A DNA stretch of 61,662 nucleotides, the filler included, from Candidatus Babelota bacterium (GTDB taxonomy: Bacteria; JAGOBX01): the NCBI GenBank assembly GCA_017999075.1. It is 13 parts of 13 records of this genome, joined end to end, with 100 filler letters (N's around TTAATTAATTAA, not from the genome) between each part and the next. Parts side by side here need not be neighbours in the genome. Positions count along the whole stretch, not along the records: positions 46,436 to 49,407 come from JAGOBX010000518.1; positions 49,508 to 52,479 come from JAGOBX010000519.1; positions 52,580 to 55,542 come from JAGOBX010000520.1; positions 55,643 to 58,604 come from JAGOBX010000521.1; positions 58,705 to 61,662 come from JAGOBX010000522.1; 8 more parts are not named here. One strand, 5' to 3'. The notes below the pieces were generated by a model. The model was not told where the DNA came from and did not search any database. It saw only the letters and a program-made list of their open reading frames with translations. The position numbers and the translations under genes are program-made. This document shows positions 48,198 through 58,892 of this stretch, piece by piece (the stretch's first letter is position 1; each line of letters begins with the position of its first letter).

Positions 48198-49055
48198 ATG
48201 TATTCATTTTTTTCTGATTTGCAGTGGAAAATAAAGTTCAAACTTATTGAAGTGTACGGATTATACGGAACAAGCGGAACAGGTAAAAGTCATAATGCAT
48301 TTAATATAATGGATAAATATGATATTAATGTAATTATTGATGATGGAATAATTATTCATCATGGTTCTATTATAGCGGGTAAATCGGCTAAAAAAGCGCC
48401 TACCAGAATGGAAGCAGTCAGACGGGCTATTTTTTTTGAAGATTCGCACAAACAGGAAATAGAAGAAGCTATAAAACTCGTCAATCCGTCAAAAATTTTA
48501 ATTATTGGAACATCTGAAAAAATGATTTCTAAAATAGTTGTGCGTCTTGGACTGGCGCAGCCGACAAAATTAATTAATATTTTTGATATTGTATCGTCAA
48601 AAGATATTGAACGCGCCAGATATTACAGATATGTGGAAAATAAGCATGTAATACCGGTGCCTGCAATTCAAATAAGTAAAACTTTTCCCGGCGGACTTGT
48701 GGATTATATAGATCAGTTTTTATCAAAAAAAAAATCGAGTGAAAAATCTATAGTTAGACCTTCATATAATTCGATAGGAAATATCGTTATATCAAGAACC
48801 GTAATAGTTTTTTATCTGAAAAATTTTTTTTTGAAATTTCAACGTGGAGAACTGAAACATTTTCAGTTGTCATACAATAAAGTCGAACTTGACCTTGGAA
48901 TAAAAATCAAGCTGTATTTATCGGTTAAATATGGTGAAAATATCAATGAAATATGTTCTATAATTCAGAAAAATTTGAAAAATTATATTGAATTTTTTGT
49001 TGGGCTTGAAGTTAATAAAATTGATGTTAATATAGTTGAAATTATTAAACCATAA
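48198..49055 (+). CDS. P-loop-containing protein with C-terminal Asp23/Gls24-like domain
   Basis: GTSGTGKS, IIDDG, AGKSAK, IIGTS, HVIPVP, SIVRP; C-terminal YG.NI..IQ..GLEV..IDV. Confidence 0.7.
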   Translation: MYSFFSDLQWKIKFKLIEVYGLYGTSGTGKSHNAFNIMDKYDINVIIDDGIIIHHGSIIAGKSAKKAPTRMEAVRRAIFFEDSHKQEIEEAIKLVNPSKILIIGTSEKMISKIVVRLGLAQPTKLINIFDIVSSKDIERARYYRYVENKHVIPVPAIQISKTFPGGLVDYIDQFLSKKKSSEKSIVRPSYNSIGNIVISRTVIVFYLKNFFLKFQRGELKHFQLSYNKVELDLGIKIKLYLSVKYGENINEICSIIQKNLKNYIEFFVGLEVNKIDVNIVEIIKP

Positions 49056-49074
49056 TTTTTTTGAAAATTAAGAA

Positions 49075-49407
49075 TTATATCAGAATTTCAATGAATTCTT
49101 TTTTTATTTTTTTAGTTAATACCTCTGTTTTATTTGAATTTATATATAATAAATCTTCTATTCTGATGCCGAATTTTTCAGGAATATATATTCCTGGTTC
49201 TATAGTTATAATGTTTCCTGGTTTTAGAAAGCAGGTGTTTAATTTAGAAATACCTGGTTTTTCGTGAATTTCTATTCCCACTCCGTGACCGGTACGATGC
49301 AGTTAATATTGGTTTAGATTATATTTCTAAAGTTCCGACAAAACAAAATTTTCTATGCTGCTTATTTTCATTCCGGAACCGCTCATGAAAATGGCGTCTT
49401 TTTGTAT
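49075..49407 (-). pseudogene. Xaa-Pro aminopeptidase (M24B) C-terminal fragment with two in-frame stops
   Basis: HRTGHGVGIEIHE, TIEPGIY, GIRIED intact; upstream frame interrupted by TAG (49329-49327) and TAA (49305-49303) near the contig end. Confidence 0.6.
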
Positions 49408-49507
49408 NNNNNNNNNNNNNNNNNNNNNNNNNNNNNNNNNNNNNNNNNNNNTTAATTAATTAANNNNNNNNNNNNNNNNNNNNNNNNNNNNNNNNNNNNN
49501 NNNNNNN

Positions 49508-49684
49508 TTCATGAACAGGGTTAGGGTTATCGCTGTAGTCGACAGTTTCATTTGATTTTACTGCAGGATTAAGGTTTAAATCAACTGGTTCATTGCTTTT
49601 GTTTATTAAATTTTTAGTATGATTGCAGGCAGGCAATAAAGACAAGATTGAATATATTAAAATTATCAGAAAAAATTTTCGCAT
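49508..49684 (-). CDS. Lipoprotein, 3'-truncated
   Basis: Signal peptide ending LPAC. Confidence 0.6.
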
Positions 49685-49691
49685 ATATTTT

Positions 49692-51428
49692 TTAAAACCA
49701 AATTAAAATAAAATCTAAATTTTCAACTGCAGTCTTTTTAATTTTAACTGATAATTTTATTTTTTCAAGATATTTTTTGTTTTCTTTAGAAAATAAATTT
49801 TCCGGATGTTTATTTGAAAATTCGTATAATAAAATATCATAAGGTTTAATGAAAATATTATATATTTTTTTTTTTGACAGTTCCGATTCTTCGGAATGGT
49901 AGATTTTATAAAAATCTTTTAGGGTATCTCCGTTTATACGTATGGATTGTTTGAATATTTTGTTTATCCTGATTTTGATAAAAGATAAATCTGCAGTAAT
50001 GTTTTCTGCAGCATTAATTATTGCTGTTTTTTTTAATGAATAGTTTTTATAAATCGTAATTATTCTTTTGGACAGAGATTCTGAAATTATTTTTTTGTTT
50101 TCATCTGTTAAATAATTGTTTCCGATAACAGCAATAGTTCCGGAAAAAAATAGAAGATCGTTTAATAATGAATTTTCATTTGCTTGTTCAATTGAAACTG
50201 GATATTGAAAACGAAGGGGAAAATCATCGTTTTTTAAAGTGTAATAAATTTTATTTGGAAACATCTGATTTTCGCACCAGGCGTATTTTTTAGAAGTCTC
50301 TAAAATGGAAAATCCTGAATTTATATAATCGCGAACAAGATTGAATACTGTTACGCAGGAAATTTTATTTATACAATCATTTTTTTTAGGACATTTTTTT
50401 TCCATGCAGCCCGAACAATTTTTATCTGCAACAATTATAAAATTATCCCCAAATGGTATTGTTATTGTAGACGAAATTAAAACAATTGAAGGAGTGTTCA
50501 GATAATTTGATAAATGAAGAATAGCTGTATCATTGGTTATTGTAAATGCCGATTCCGAAATTATTTTTTTTAATTCTCGAAGTTCGATATCGCCCGCATT
50601 TAGAGTTATCCTGTTTTTATATTTGCAAAGAACGTAAATTTGTTCGATCATTTTTTTTTCGGAAACATCGCCTGTTATTAAATATGTAAATTCACCGAAG
50701 TTATCTGAAATCAAATTTATCAGTTCTGCAAAGTTTTTTGGATTCCATAATTTTGAGTCCCATTTTCCTCCGGGACATATGACGATATTTTTGTTTTTAT
50801 CTGATGCTTGAACAATAGAATTAACATTTAATAGAGTTTTTAATGATTGAGAAAAAAGTCGGTACATATCTGCAAGAGGAATATTATAAAAATTGTCAGT
50901 TATCTGACTGTAATATTTTATAAAATATTTTAAGTAAAATGATAAATCAAAATATGCGGTGATTTTTTTGTTTACAGGGTCAAATTTTTGCCCTAAAAAA
51001 TAGTGGGATATTAAACATGAACTTAATACAGCAGAATATTCTGAAGGGTGAAGATTTATTATTAAATCGAAATTGAGTGAATTTATTATATCAACCAGTT
51101 TTTTGAATAAAGTTATTATAAGATTTTTATTTCCTGTAAGAAGAATATTTTGATCCAGTTCAATTTTATTTATTTTTTCAGATACTATTCCTGAATTGTT
51201 TTTCAAGGTCAATATATGAGTTTCAAACCTGTTTTTCAATGTATCAAGTAGATTATTGGTTATTATCACATCTCCAAACGCTGAAAATTGTATTATTAAA
51301 ATTTTTTTTATCTTTGAATAATCTGCTTTGGTATATTCCAGTTCTATTGCTGTGGAACCTGTGGGTTTTTCTTTATTTTCGCATAATATTCCGGCTAAAA
51401 TGTTTAATAATAATTCAGTCTCGTTCAT
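49692..51428 (-). CDS. GT9 family (ADP-heptose:LPS heptosyltransferase-like) glycosyltransferase with C-terminal extension
   Basis: ILIIQFSAFGDV, ICPGG.W.SK.W, NDTAILHL, C..C....C......C; likely ATG at 51428. Confidence 0.82.
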   Translation of the reverse strand: MNETELLLNILAGILCENKEKPTGSTAIELEYTKADYSKIKKILIIQFSAFGDVIITNNLLDTLKNRFETHILTLKNNSGIVSEKINKIELDQNILLTGNKNLIITLFKKLVDIINSLNFDLIINLHPSEYSAVLSSCLISHYFLGQKFDPVNKKITAYFDLSFYLKYFIKYYSQITDNFYNIPLADMYRLFSQSLKTLLNVNSIVQASDKNKNIVICPGGKWDSKLWNPKNFAELINLISDNFGEFTYLITGDVSEKKMIEQIYVLCKYKNRITLNAGDIELRELKKIISESAFTITNDTAILHLSNYLNTPSIVLISSTITIPFGDNFIIVADKNCSGCMEKKCPKKNDCINKISCVTVFNLVRDYINSGFSILETSKKYAWCENQMFPNKIYYTLKNDDFPLRFQYPVSIEQANENSLLNDLLFFSGTIAVIGNNYLTDENKKIISESLSKRIITIYKNYSLKKTAIINAAENITADLSFIKIRINKIFKQSIRINGDTLKDFYKIYHSEESELSKKKIYNIFIKPYDILLYEFSNKHPENLFSKENKKYLEKIKLSVKIKKTAVENLDFILIWF

Positions 51429-51429
51429 T

Positions 51430-52362
51430 TTATGAAAAAAAATCAATAAATTTCTTGAAAGTTTCAAATCTTTTTTTATTTCCTGAAAAATGCGGTTCAG
51501 GATGAAAAAGAAAAACAGGAACAATATTCTTTTTTGTTAAATATTGAATTTTTTCTGACCATAGATTGAATATTTCTTCGTCGTTGAGTTTTGTTATATA
51601 TAATAGGCAATCAGGATAAGTATTTAAAACAACTAATTTTAATTTTTCATCTGTTAAAATACCGGAATATAAAGAACCGTTAATTTTATTTTTTTCTGGA
51701 ACTGTATCGAACAAACTGTAATCTTCAGAAAAATATGATTTTATAAATTCATAGAGCTTTTCAGTCAATACGAATGCGGGAGCCCTGAATTTTGTTATAT
51801 TGAATTTTTCAGAAAATTCTTTGATTTTTATGATTTTGTATGAGAATGTTTTTTCGTCATCAAATGCGAGTTTTCCGCTGTGATCAAAACCGTGGCACCC
51901 GAGTTCCGCTCCGGATTTTTTTAAATCAGTTAAATGAATTTCCGAATATTTAAATGCTGCTGCCGGAATAAAAACTATAGTTGAAAATTTTTTGCCGCCA
52001 ATTGTATATTTAAGAAATTTGTCGATTTGCTTATAACCCTGCATACTGTCAATGTCAAAAGTAATTATTATTTTATTTACTGCGGACTCCGGAAAATTAT
52101 CAGTGTTTTCATTAGTTTTAAGGATTTCATTAAACGGAGAATATAAATTGAATTTTTTTAATTTGTATTCAATATCAGGAACATCAATCCGTGTTTTTAA
52201 AGATGAAATTAGTTTTCTTAATTGGCATGGAATTAAATGATAATGAAAAGGAGTTGACGCATATAAAGATTTTTTTTTGTAAAAAAAATTATTTTTAATA
52301 TAAGGCAATATGTCTTTTTTATTTTTAAACCGGAAATCATTATCTTTTTTTTTTTGTTCCAT
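51430..52362 (-). CDS. Polysaccharide deacetylase (CE4/NodB-like) family protein
   Basis: ITFDID, ELGCHGFDH, FRAP, LFHPE. Confidence 0.75.
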   Translation of the reverse strand: MEQKKKDNDFRFKNKKDILPYIKNNFFYKKKSLYASTPFHYHLIPCQLRKLISSLKTRIDVPDIEYKLKKFNLYSPFNEILKTNENTDNFPESAVNKIIITFDIDSMQGYKQIDKFLKYTIGGKKFSTIVFIPAAAFKYSEIHLTDLKKSGAELGCHGFDHSGKLAFDDEKTFSYKIIKIKEFSEKFNITKFRAPAFVLTEKLYEFIKSYFSEDYSLFDTVPEKNKINGSLYSGILTDEKLKLVVLNTYPDCLLYITKLNDEEIFNLWSEKIQYLTKKNIVPVFLFHPEPHFSGNKKRFETFKKFIDFFS

Positions 52363-52579
52363 AAAATTAAATTATTGCGATTGTTTCAATTTTTTTTTTA
52401 TTTTTATCAGAATAAATGAGATTTTCCCATTTGAACTGATTTTCTTCATCATTAAAATTTATAAGTTCAGCATATTTATNNNNNNNNNNNNNNNNNNNNN
52501 NNNNNNNNNNNNNNNNNNNNNNNTTAATTAATTAANNNNNNNNNNNNNNNNNNNNNNNNNNNNNNNNNNNNNNNNNNNN

Positions 52580-55339
52580 GTCGGAAATATTGCAGGTTCA
52601 ACTCAAATTATAGATATAGCATCCCAAAATTACGATATGCAGATAACAGACGCAGCATTAAACTTTTTTGATGTGGACGCATTAACCGATACATCTGTTC
52701 AAATGAGCGGTTTTACATCTGCAAATTCAGGGTTTATCGGCTCTCAAATCACAGATACCATACTCGCAGGAAATACAAGCACTGTAAATGCTGCTGGTGA
52801 AGTCACTGTAACTCAGACAACAGGAACATTCACAGCAAATAGTTTATCTGTAACAAGAGTTACTGTTGCTGATGCTATAATTTCTAATGAAAACATAACT
52901 ATCGGAGCAGATATAGGGACAACTATAGCTGACGGCGCAGAGGTTTATCAGTTTACTGTCAGCGGATCAAATGTCAGTGCAGTTGAAGTCAATTCCTTTG
53001 TAAGTGATACTAATAATGTTTTATCAGGCGCATTACTGGGAAGCGTTAATGCAGTAAGAGCAGGCAATGCTGGAGATTATTATTATGATTCAACCACAGG
53101 AACATTTACAGTAAAAGTAGCAGGAGGAACTTCCGCCGCACTTGATTCTTCTCAAATTACATATAAAGCCGACTGGCAGTGGATCGGCGCCAATACCATT
53201 GAAAATGCCGATAATACTTTCAGTCTGGCAGCGCAGACTACAGGCAATGGAGGAACTCTCGGATTTAACGGCGGTGAAACAGTAACCTATCTTGACGATA
53301 TAACATATAATGACGCTGAATATGAGAGAATAGAACTTGATGATACAGGTTCTATTGCATTAACAAATTTTATTCATACAAATAATAACAAAGGCCATAC
53401 TTATGGAGCAGGAAACGATTTTAATAATTTAGGCGGAGATTCCACAAGTAATATTTTAGAATGGATTGGCGATTCAATAGGATTTGAAACAGATTTTTCC
53501 ATTGACTACACTTACGGGATAAATTATTTAAGCGCAGGTTTCACTGTAACGGAAAACCTTAATGACGGAACAGTATCCATAACAAAAACATCGCGAAATA
53601 CTACATCTCAATTCATTGACCTTGATGAATCTGCTGCTATTTCCTACAGTTATAAAGATATGTATGTCGATTCATTTCAAATAACTGCTCCATCAAATTC
53701 TTCAGGAAATTACCAGAAAGTTACAGTTCTCGGAACCGGAGGAGCGGATATAACCAATGATGTAGTAGTAACAGCAGGAACAGGCGCTGTTGACATTTCG
53801 GCTGCCGTCACTGAACAATACGTCGGGGATATAGAAATTGAATACACATACAGCGGAACCTGGACAGTTACTAATATAGACTGGGATTCAGGAGTATTCA
53901 CTTTCAATGATCCTGCAGGAGCAATGGCACCAAAAATAAATTCACTAATTGGAAACAGCACTGTTGAAATAACTTATAACACGTTCAAAGATGATCTGTC
54001 TGCAGAGTGGAACACCATAAGCCTTGAAGCAGTTTTATCAACCGCGCAACTTACAGGAGGTGATGGGACTCCTGATTTTATAACTCCTTATGCAGCTTCT
54101 GATTCAGGTTCTGTTGATCCCGGAACTTCTACTTCATTATTTTTCAGAAATATTTCAGCTGCTGATCCAAATGTATGGTTAACTTTTGGTTCAAGCGCTG
54201 ACGTTGATGCAGGAACTGCAGATTATACTATTGAAGGGCAATCCATGCGTTTTAAATCAGGTATTGACCCAGCAGATGTAAGAGCTTATTATGTTACTAA
54301 TTCAAATACAAACACATTAACCTTAAATGCCGGTGATAGACTCGGGAATATTTCAGGAAATTCAAGTGCAGCAAATTATGTTTCAGGCAATCAGGGAATA
54401 TTTCAGGGGTTTTCAGAATCTGACAAAATCTCATTTACGATTGATTCACGGACAATTGATATAGATGTTAATCCTTCTGATACTGTTCAGGACTTGATAG
54501 ATAGAATAAATTCTACATCAGACGACATATTTTTAAATTCAGGAACCTTGCCTGATGAAGCAAATATGGGCAGCGGAAATAATAATAATGCAGGAATATG
54601 GGCAGAATTAATTGGTAATCAGATTGTTATTTCATCAAGAAACGAAACCGACAATTACGGATATAAAGGAACAAGATTCAATATTACTGTAAACGACGAT
54701 CAGATAGGTCCAGGTTCTTTTCTTAACTTTTCAGTACAACCGGGAGATGCCTCGCGAGATCCGTCAATTACTGTAACTGACCCTTCAGGAAATACATATA
54801 CTTCAACTTCTAATGACGGAAGTTATTTTTTCAATAATGCGGCAGATGATGTTGATGGAATTCCAGGAGTCAGAATTCAATTAAGGGAAGACGCGGCAGA
54901 AGGTTCTCAATCAATAATTGAATTATTAAGTTTTGTGTTGCATTCCGGTTCGGAATCAATTGACAAATTAGGATTAACCATGATAGATATGCGCGCCGGA
55001 GCTTTGGGTATAAGCGGACTATCTATAGGAACATCATCAGACGCAGAATCAGCAATCGCTCTTGTAGATACGGCTTTAAATAAAGTTTCATCTCACCGGG
55101 CAACTATCGGAGCTTTAATAAACAGGGTTGAAAATGTTTTAAACTTCAACATGATTCAAAGAGAAAATACATTAAATACAGAATCAAGAATTATGGACGC
55201 AGATATCGCTAAAGAAATGACGGAACTTACTAAAAATGATTTGATATTAAGCGCTAATCTTGATTTTATAACTTCTGCTCAATTACATCTCGGCGATAAT
55301 GTTGTAGAAATTTTCAAGTCTAACTTAAAACATTTTTAA
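52580..55339 (+). CDS. Very large flagellin-like protein, 5'-truncated
   Basis: C-terminal flagellin domain (DMRAGALG, AIALVDTALNKVSSHRATIGALINR, ESRIMDADIAKEM); flagellin-IN-like DTVQDLIDRINS; long T/S/G/D-rich beta region. Confidence 0.85.
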   Translation, partial: VGNIAGSTQIIDIASQNYDMQITDAALNFFDVDALTDTSVQMSGFTSANSGFIGSQITDTILAGNTSTVNAAGEVTVTQTTGTFTANSLSVTRVTVADAIISNENITIGADIGTTIADGAEVYQFTVSGSNVSAVEVNSFVSDTNNVLSGALLGSVNAVRAGNAGDYYYDSTTGTFTVKVAGGTSAALDSSQITYKADWQWIGANTIENADNTFSLAAQTTGNGGTLGFNGGETVTYLDDITYNDAEYERIELDDTGSIALTNFIHTNNNKGHTYGAGNDFNNLGGDSTSNILEWIGDSIGFETDFSIDYTYGINYLSAGFTVTENLNDGTVSITKTSRNTTSQFIDLDESAAISYSYKDMYVDSFQITAPSNSSGNYQKVTVLGTGGADITNDVVVTAGTGAVDISAAVTEQYVGDIEIEYTYSGTWTVTNIDWDSGVFTFNDPAGAMAPKINSLIGNSTVEITYNTFKDDLSAEWNTISLEAVLSTAQLTGGDGTPDFITPYAASDSGSVDPGTSTSLFFRNISAADPNVWLTFGSSADVDAGTADYTIEGQSMRFKSGIDPADVRAYYVTNSNTNTLTLNAGDRLGNISGNSSAANYVSGNQGIFQGFSESDKISFTIDSRTIDIDVNPSDTVQDLIDRINSTSDDIFLNSGTLPDEANMGSGNNNNAGIWAELIGNQIVISSRNETDNYGYKGTRFNITVNDDQIGPGSFLNFSVQPGDASRDPSITVTDPSGNTYTSTSNDGSYFFNNAADDVDGIPGVRIQLREDAAEGSQSIIELLSFVLHSGSESIDKLGLTMIDMRAGALGISGLSIGTSSDAESAIALVDTALNKVSSHRATIGALINRVENVLNFNMIQRENTLNTESRIMDADIAKEMTELTKNDLILSANLDFITSAQLHLGDNVVEIFKSNLKHF

Positions 55340-55642
55340 CAAAACTTTTAAAACAAAATTTTTCCTTTTTTTTTTTATCAAATCAAAATATAATCTTTAT
55401 ATAAGATTTTAGGATTAATCTTTTAAACTAAAATGATTTGTAAAAATTGTCAAAAATTTGTAACACACGAATGGTTTGAATGCCCTATTGGCGTTTTTTA
55501 AAAAATTCTGAGGACCTTTAAAAAATTAATTCTTGAAATTAANNNNNNNNNNNNNNNNNNNNNNNNNNNNNNNNNNNNNNNNNNNNTTAATTAATTAANN
55601 NNNNNNNNNNNNNNNNNNNNNNNNNNNNNNNNNNNNNNNNNN

Positions 55643-56589
55643 CTTATCTGCCGTCGAAAATACTGACTAATTTTGATCTTGAGAAAATGGTCGATACTTC
55701 TGATGAGTGGATTACATCGCGATCAGGCATCAGGGAAAGAAGAATCGCTTCAGAAGGCGAAACATCTTCCACGATGGGAGCAGAAGCTGCGAAAAAGGCT
55801 TTAAAGAACGCAGAAATAAAAAAAGAAAATATAGATTTAATTATTGTTTCCACTCTTGCAGCTGATTGTCTATTTCCTGCAACCGCTTGTCTTTTACAGG
55901 CGTGTTTGGGAATAAAAAACTGCGCTGCATTTGATGTTATAGGAGCTTGTACAGGTTATCTTATGGCATTATCGATTGCTGATAAATACATTAAGACAGG
56001 AATGTCAAAATGCGCTTTAGTGGTAGCAACAGAATGTGTGACAAGGTTTGTTGATTGGCAGGACAGAAATACTTGTGTTTTATTCGGAGACGGAGCCGGA
56101 GCAGCTGTTTTGACAGCGGATAAGAAATATGGAATAATAGCCGAAGATATTCATTCAAACGGTGATTTAGCTGATATTTTATATCTGCCTGGCGGCGGCT
56201 GCAAGTATCCTGCATCTGAAGAAACGGTTAAGAACAGGATGCATTTTATAAAAATGGACGGACCCGAAGTTTACAAAGCTGCTGTAAGGACAATGTCTGA
56301 ATCAACAACGAACATTCTTAAAAATTCAGGAATAAAACAGGATGAAATAGATTATTTTATTCCGCATCAGGCGAACTTAAGAATAATAGATTCGTTAAGG
56401 AAAAGATTGAATCTTCCTACAGAAAAAGTTATGATAAATGTTGACAGATACGGGAATACGTCGTCTGCTACGATTCCGATAGGTTTTGATGAAGCTGTCA
56501 GAGAAAATAAGATTAAAACCGGAGATTTGATTTTAGTAACTGCCGCAGGTGGCGGATTTACTTACGGTTCTATGATAATAAAATATTAA
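55643..56589 (+). CDS. fabH: Beta-ketoacyl-ACP synthase III, 5'-truncated
   Basis: DTSDEWI..RSGI, GACTGY, FGDGAGA, PHQAN, GNTSSA. Confidence 0.95.
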
Positions 56590-56623
56590 ACAGTAAAAAA
56601 ATAAAATCAAGGGGAAATTTAAG

Positions 56624-57868
56624 ATGAGCCAAAGAGTTGTAATTACCGGAATGGGGGCTATAGCACCTGGAAATAGTTTAAACGTGAATGATTTCTGGAC
56701 GACATTGATTTCAGGCGAATCAACAGCGGACATGATTACTCAATTTGACGCATCAAATTATAATACAAGGTTTGCATGTGAAGTAAAAGGATTTGATCCT
56801 ACAAATTATATGGAAAAAAAGAAAGCCAGAAAACGGGACAGATGCACTCAATTTGCGATTGCGGCATCTCAGGAAGCAATGAAAATGTCCGGAATAAATT
56901 CAGGGAATACTGATTTTAACAGGGTAGGAGTAATTATAGGCTCAGGTATAGGAGGGATAGATTCTCTTGAAAAAGAAATCGGAGTGCTTAATGCCAAGGG
57001 ACCATCCAGAGTCAGTCCTTTTGTAATTCCTATGTTTATTTTGAATATTATTTCTGGAGAAGTGTCAATAGATTTGGGGGTTAAAGGAATTAATTACGAA
57101 GTTTGTTCGGCTTGCGCTTCAGGAACCCACGCTATAGGAATAGCATTTCATAACATAAGAAGCGGGTATGCTGACGCAGTAATAACAGGAGGAGCTGAGT
57201 CTGCAATATGTCCGATAGGAGTATCAGGTTTTTGTGCGCTTAGGGCGTTATCTACAAGAAATGATAATCCTAAAAAAGCAAGCAGGCCGTTTGATAAAGA
57301 CAGGGATGGGTTTGTTATGGGAGAAGGAGCGGGAATACTCGTTCTTGAATCTCTTGAAAATGCATTGAAACGGGATGCCACTATAATTGCTGAAATTATA
57401 GGATATGGGGCTTCAGGCGATGCGTATCATATAACTGCGCCTGCTCCTGAAGGAGAAGGCGCAGCGAGGTGTTTTAATCTTGCGTTACAGGATGCTGGAA
57501 TAAATCCAGAAGAAATTGATTATATTAACGCTCACGGAACTTCAACAAGTCTTAATGATGCTCTTGAAACTTCAGCTATAAAAAAAGTTTTTGGGGAACA
57601 TTCGAAAAAACTTAAGATAAGTTCGATAAAATCAGTAACCGGACATTTGCTTGGAGCAGCAGGAGGAATTGAAGCTATAGCATCTATTCTTGCGATAGAG
57701 AAAAAAATCATACCTCCTACAATTAATTATGAAACTCCTGATCAGGAATGCGATTTGGATTATACCCCGAATCAGCCTGCGAATATTACTGTCAACAAAG
57801 TTTTATCGGATTCGTTGGGTTTCGGAGGTCATAACGGAGCTTTAATTTTCAGTAAATTTGACAGCTGA
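56624..57868 (+). CDS. fabF: Beta-ketoacyl-ACP synthase II
   Basis: RVVITG, SACASG, SRPFDKDRDGFV, NAHGTST, GHLLGAAG, GFGGHN. Confidence 0.96.
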   Translation: MSQRVVITGMGAIAPGNSLNVNDFWTTLISGESTADMITQFDASNYNTRFACEVKGFDPTNYMEKKKARKRDRCTQFAIAASQEAMKMSGINSGNTDFNRVGVIIGSGIGGIDSLEKEIGVLNAKGPSRVSPFVIPMFILNIISGEVSIDLGVKGINYEVCSACASGTHAIGIAFHNIRSGYADAVITGGAESAICPIGVSGFCALRALSTRNDNPKKASRPFDKDRDGFVMGEGAGILVLESLENALKRDATIIAEIIGYGASGDAYHITAPAPEGEGAARCFNLALQDAGINPEEIDYINAHGTSTSLNDALETSAIKKVFGEHSKKLKISSIKSVTGHLLGAAGGIEAIASILAIEKKIIPPTINYETPDQECDLDYTPNQPANITVNKVLSDSLGFGGHNGALIFSKFDS

Positions 57869-57889
57869 TTTTAGATTATATAATTTATT

Positions 57890-58423
57890 ATGAAAACAAA
57901 ATTATTGACGGTATTTATTTTAATTTCATTTTTATTTAGTTCTTGCGGTTCTAAAAAGGCTTTTTTTGCGCCATATGTTCAGGAACCTAAAAATATTATT
58001 GCTGCCGTAAAGAAAACTGATGGAAAAGATAAATATGAAGAATATAAAAAAATCTTGAAATTATATGAATACGAATGGAAACTTTATTCAGATATGCGGG
58101 ATAATTTGTCTTCGAAAAAGTATGATGAATTTGATGTGAATGCCGAAAAATTCATAAAATTTCATAATGAAAACAGAATAAAATTGAATTATGATGAGTA
58201 TTATAATGGAATGATTTATTATTGGGCGAAGAGTTTTGTTTATAGATATCAGTTTGATAAATCCATTGAAAAACTTAACAATGTTCCTGAAAACTCAGTA
58301 TTTTACAATAAATCTCTTGAACTTGTCAAAAATCTTATGACAGATTCAGATGATGATGGTTATATTGATGAGTGGGAAGTAATAGAAGGTTATAATCCTA
58401 TTAATCCGTTTTCGCATCCTTAA
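57890..58423 (+). CDS. Lipoprotein with C-terminal Asp-rich Ca-binding-like motif
   Basis: Lipobox-like FSSC; DSDDDGYIDEWE...G.NP (thrombospondin type-3-like). Confidence 0.6.
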   Translation: MKTKLLTVFILISFLFSSCGSKKAFFAPYVQEPKNIIAAVKKTDGKDKYEEYKKILKLYEYEWKLYSDMRDNLSSKKYDEFDVNAEKFIKFHNENRIKLNYDEYYNGMIYYWAKSFVYRYQFDKSIEKLNNVPENSVFYNKSLELVKNLMTDSDDDGYIDEWEVIEGYNPINPFSHP

Positions 58424-58604
58424 ATGTATTCGAAAAAATATTTTGATTCATTATTAAACCAGACAGATTTTAAAATTAGAATTTTAAAAGATCCTGTAAG
58501 TTTTATTTATAATTATAAAAAACCTGAAGATAGAGAAATTGTTGGTTTATTGGCTTCTATGTTTGCATACGGAAGGGTTGAAAAACTTTTAAAAAATGTT
58601 GATT
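58424..58604 (+). CDS. TIGR02757/DUF2400 family protein, 3'-truncated
   Basis: DPVSF..Y...EDREIVGLLAS.FAYGRV. Confidence 0.8.
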
Positions 58605-58704
58605 NNNNNNNNNNNNNNNNNNNNNNNNNNNNNNNNNNNNNNNNNNNNTTAATTAATTAANNNNNNNNNNNNNNNNNNNNNNNNNNNNNNNNNNNNNNNN
58701 NNNN

Positions 58705-58818
58705 GAACTTGTGATTCAGTCAGAACAATTGGTTGTTCAATTGAAAGAAGGCGGATTTTTAAGTAAATTTGAAGTGTATACCGACGAAGAAACCGCGATT
58801 GAACGAATTAATTATTAA
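58705..58818 (+). CDS. C-terminus of a STAS/anti-sigma-factor antagonist-like protein (not in ORF track)
   Basis: ELVIQSEQLVVQLKEGGFLSKFEVYTDEETAIERINY* resembles the STAS tail. Confidence 0.5.
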   Translation, partial: ELVIQSEQLVVQLKEGGFLSKFEVYTDEETAIERINY

Positions 58819-58892
58819 ATCATATAATATCTTAATATTTATGCGGAAATACCATTTTCAGACAATTAATTTTAAACTGCAGGAAAAATCAA

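Noticed and set aside
49303-49329. Stop-codon reassignment (alternative genetic code)
   Set aside because: TAA, TAG and TGA all terminate conserved genes elsewhere in the window and long ORFs translate cleanly in code 11.
52580-55339. Flagellinolysin (protease-bearing flagellin)
   Set aside because: No HExxH motif in the visible hypervariable region.
55437-55466. TTGTAA/TTGTCA/TTGTAA repeats as an OmpR/PhoB-type box
   Set aside because: Short, AT-rich, irregular spacing, and the downstream gene is missing.
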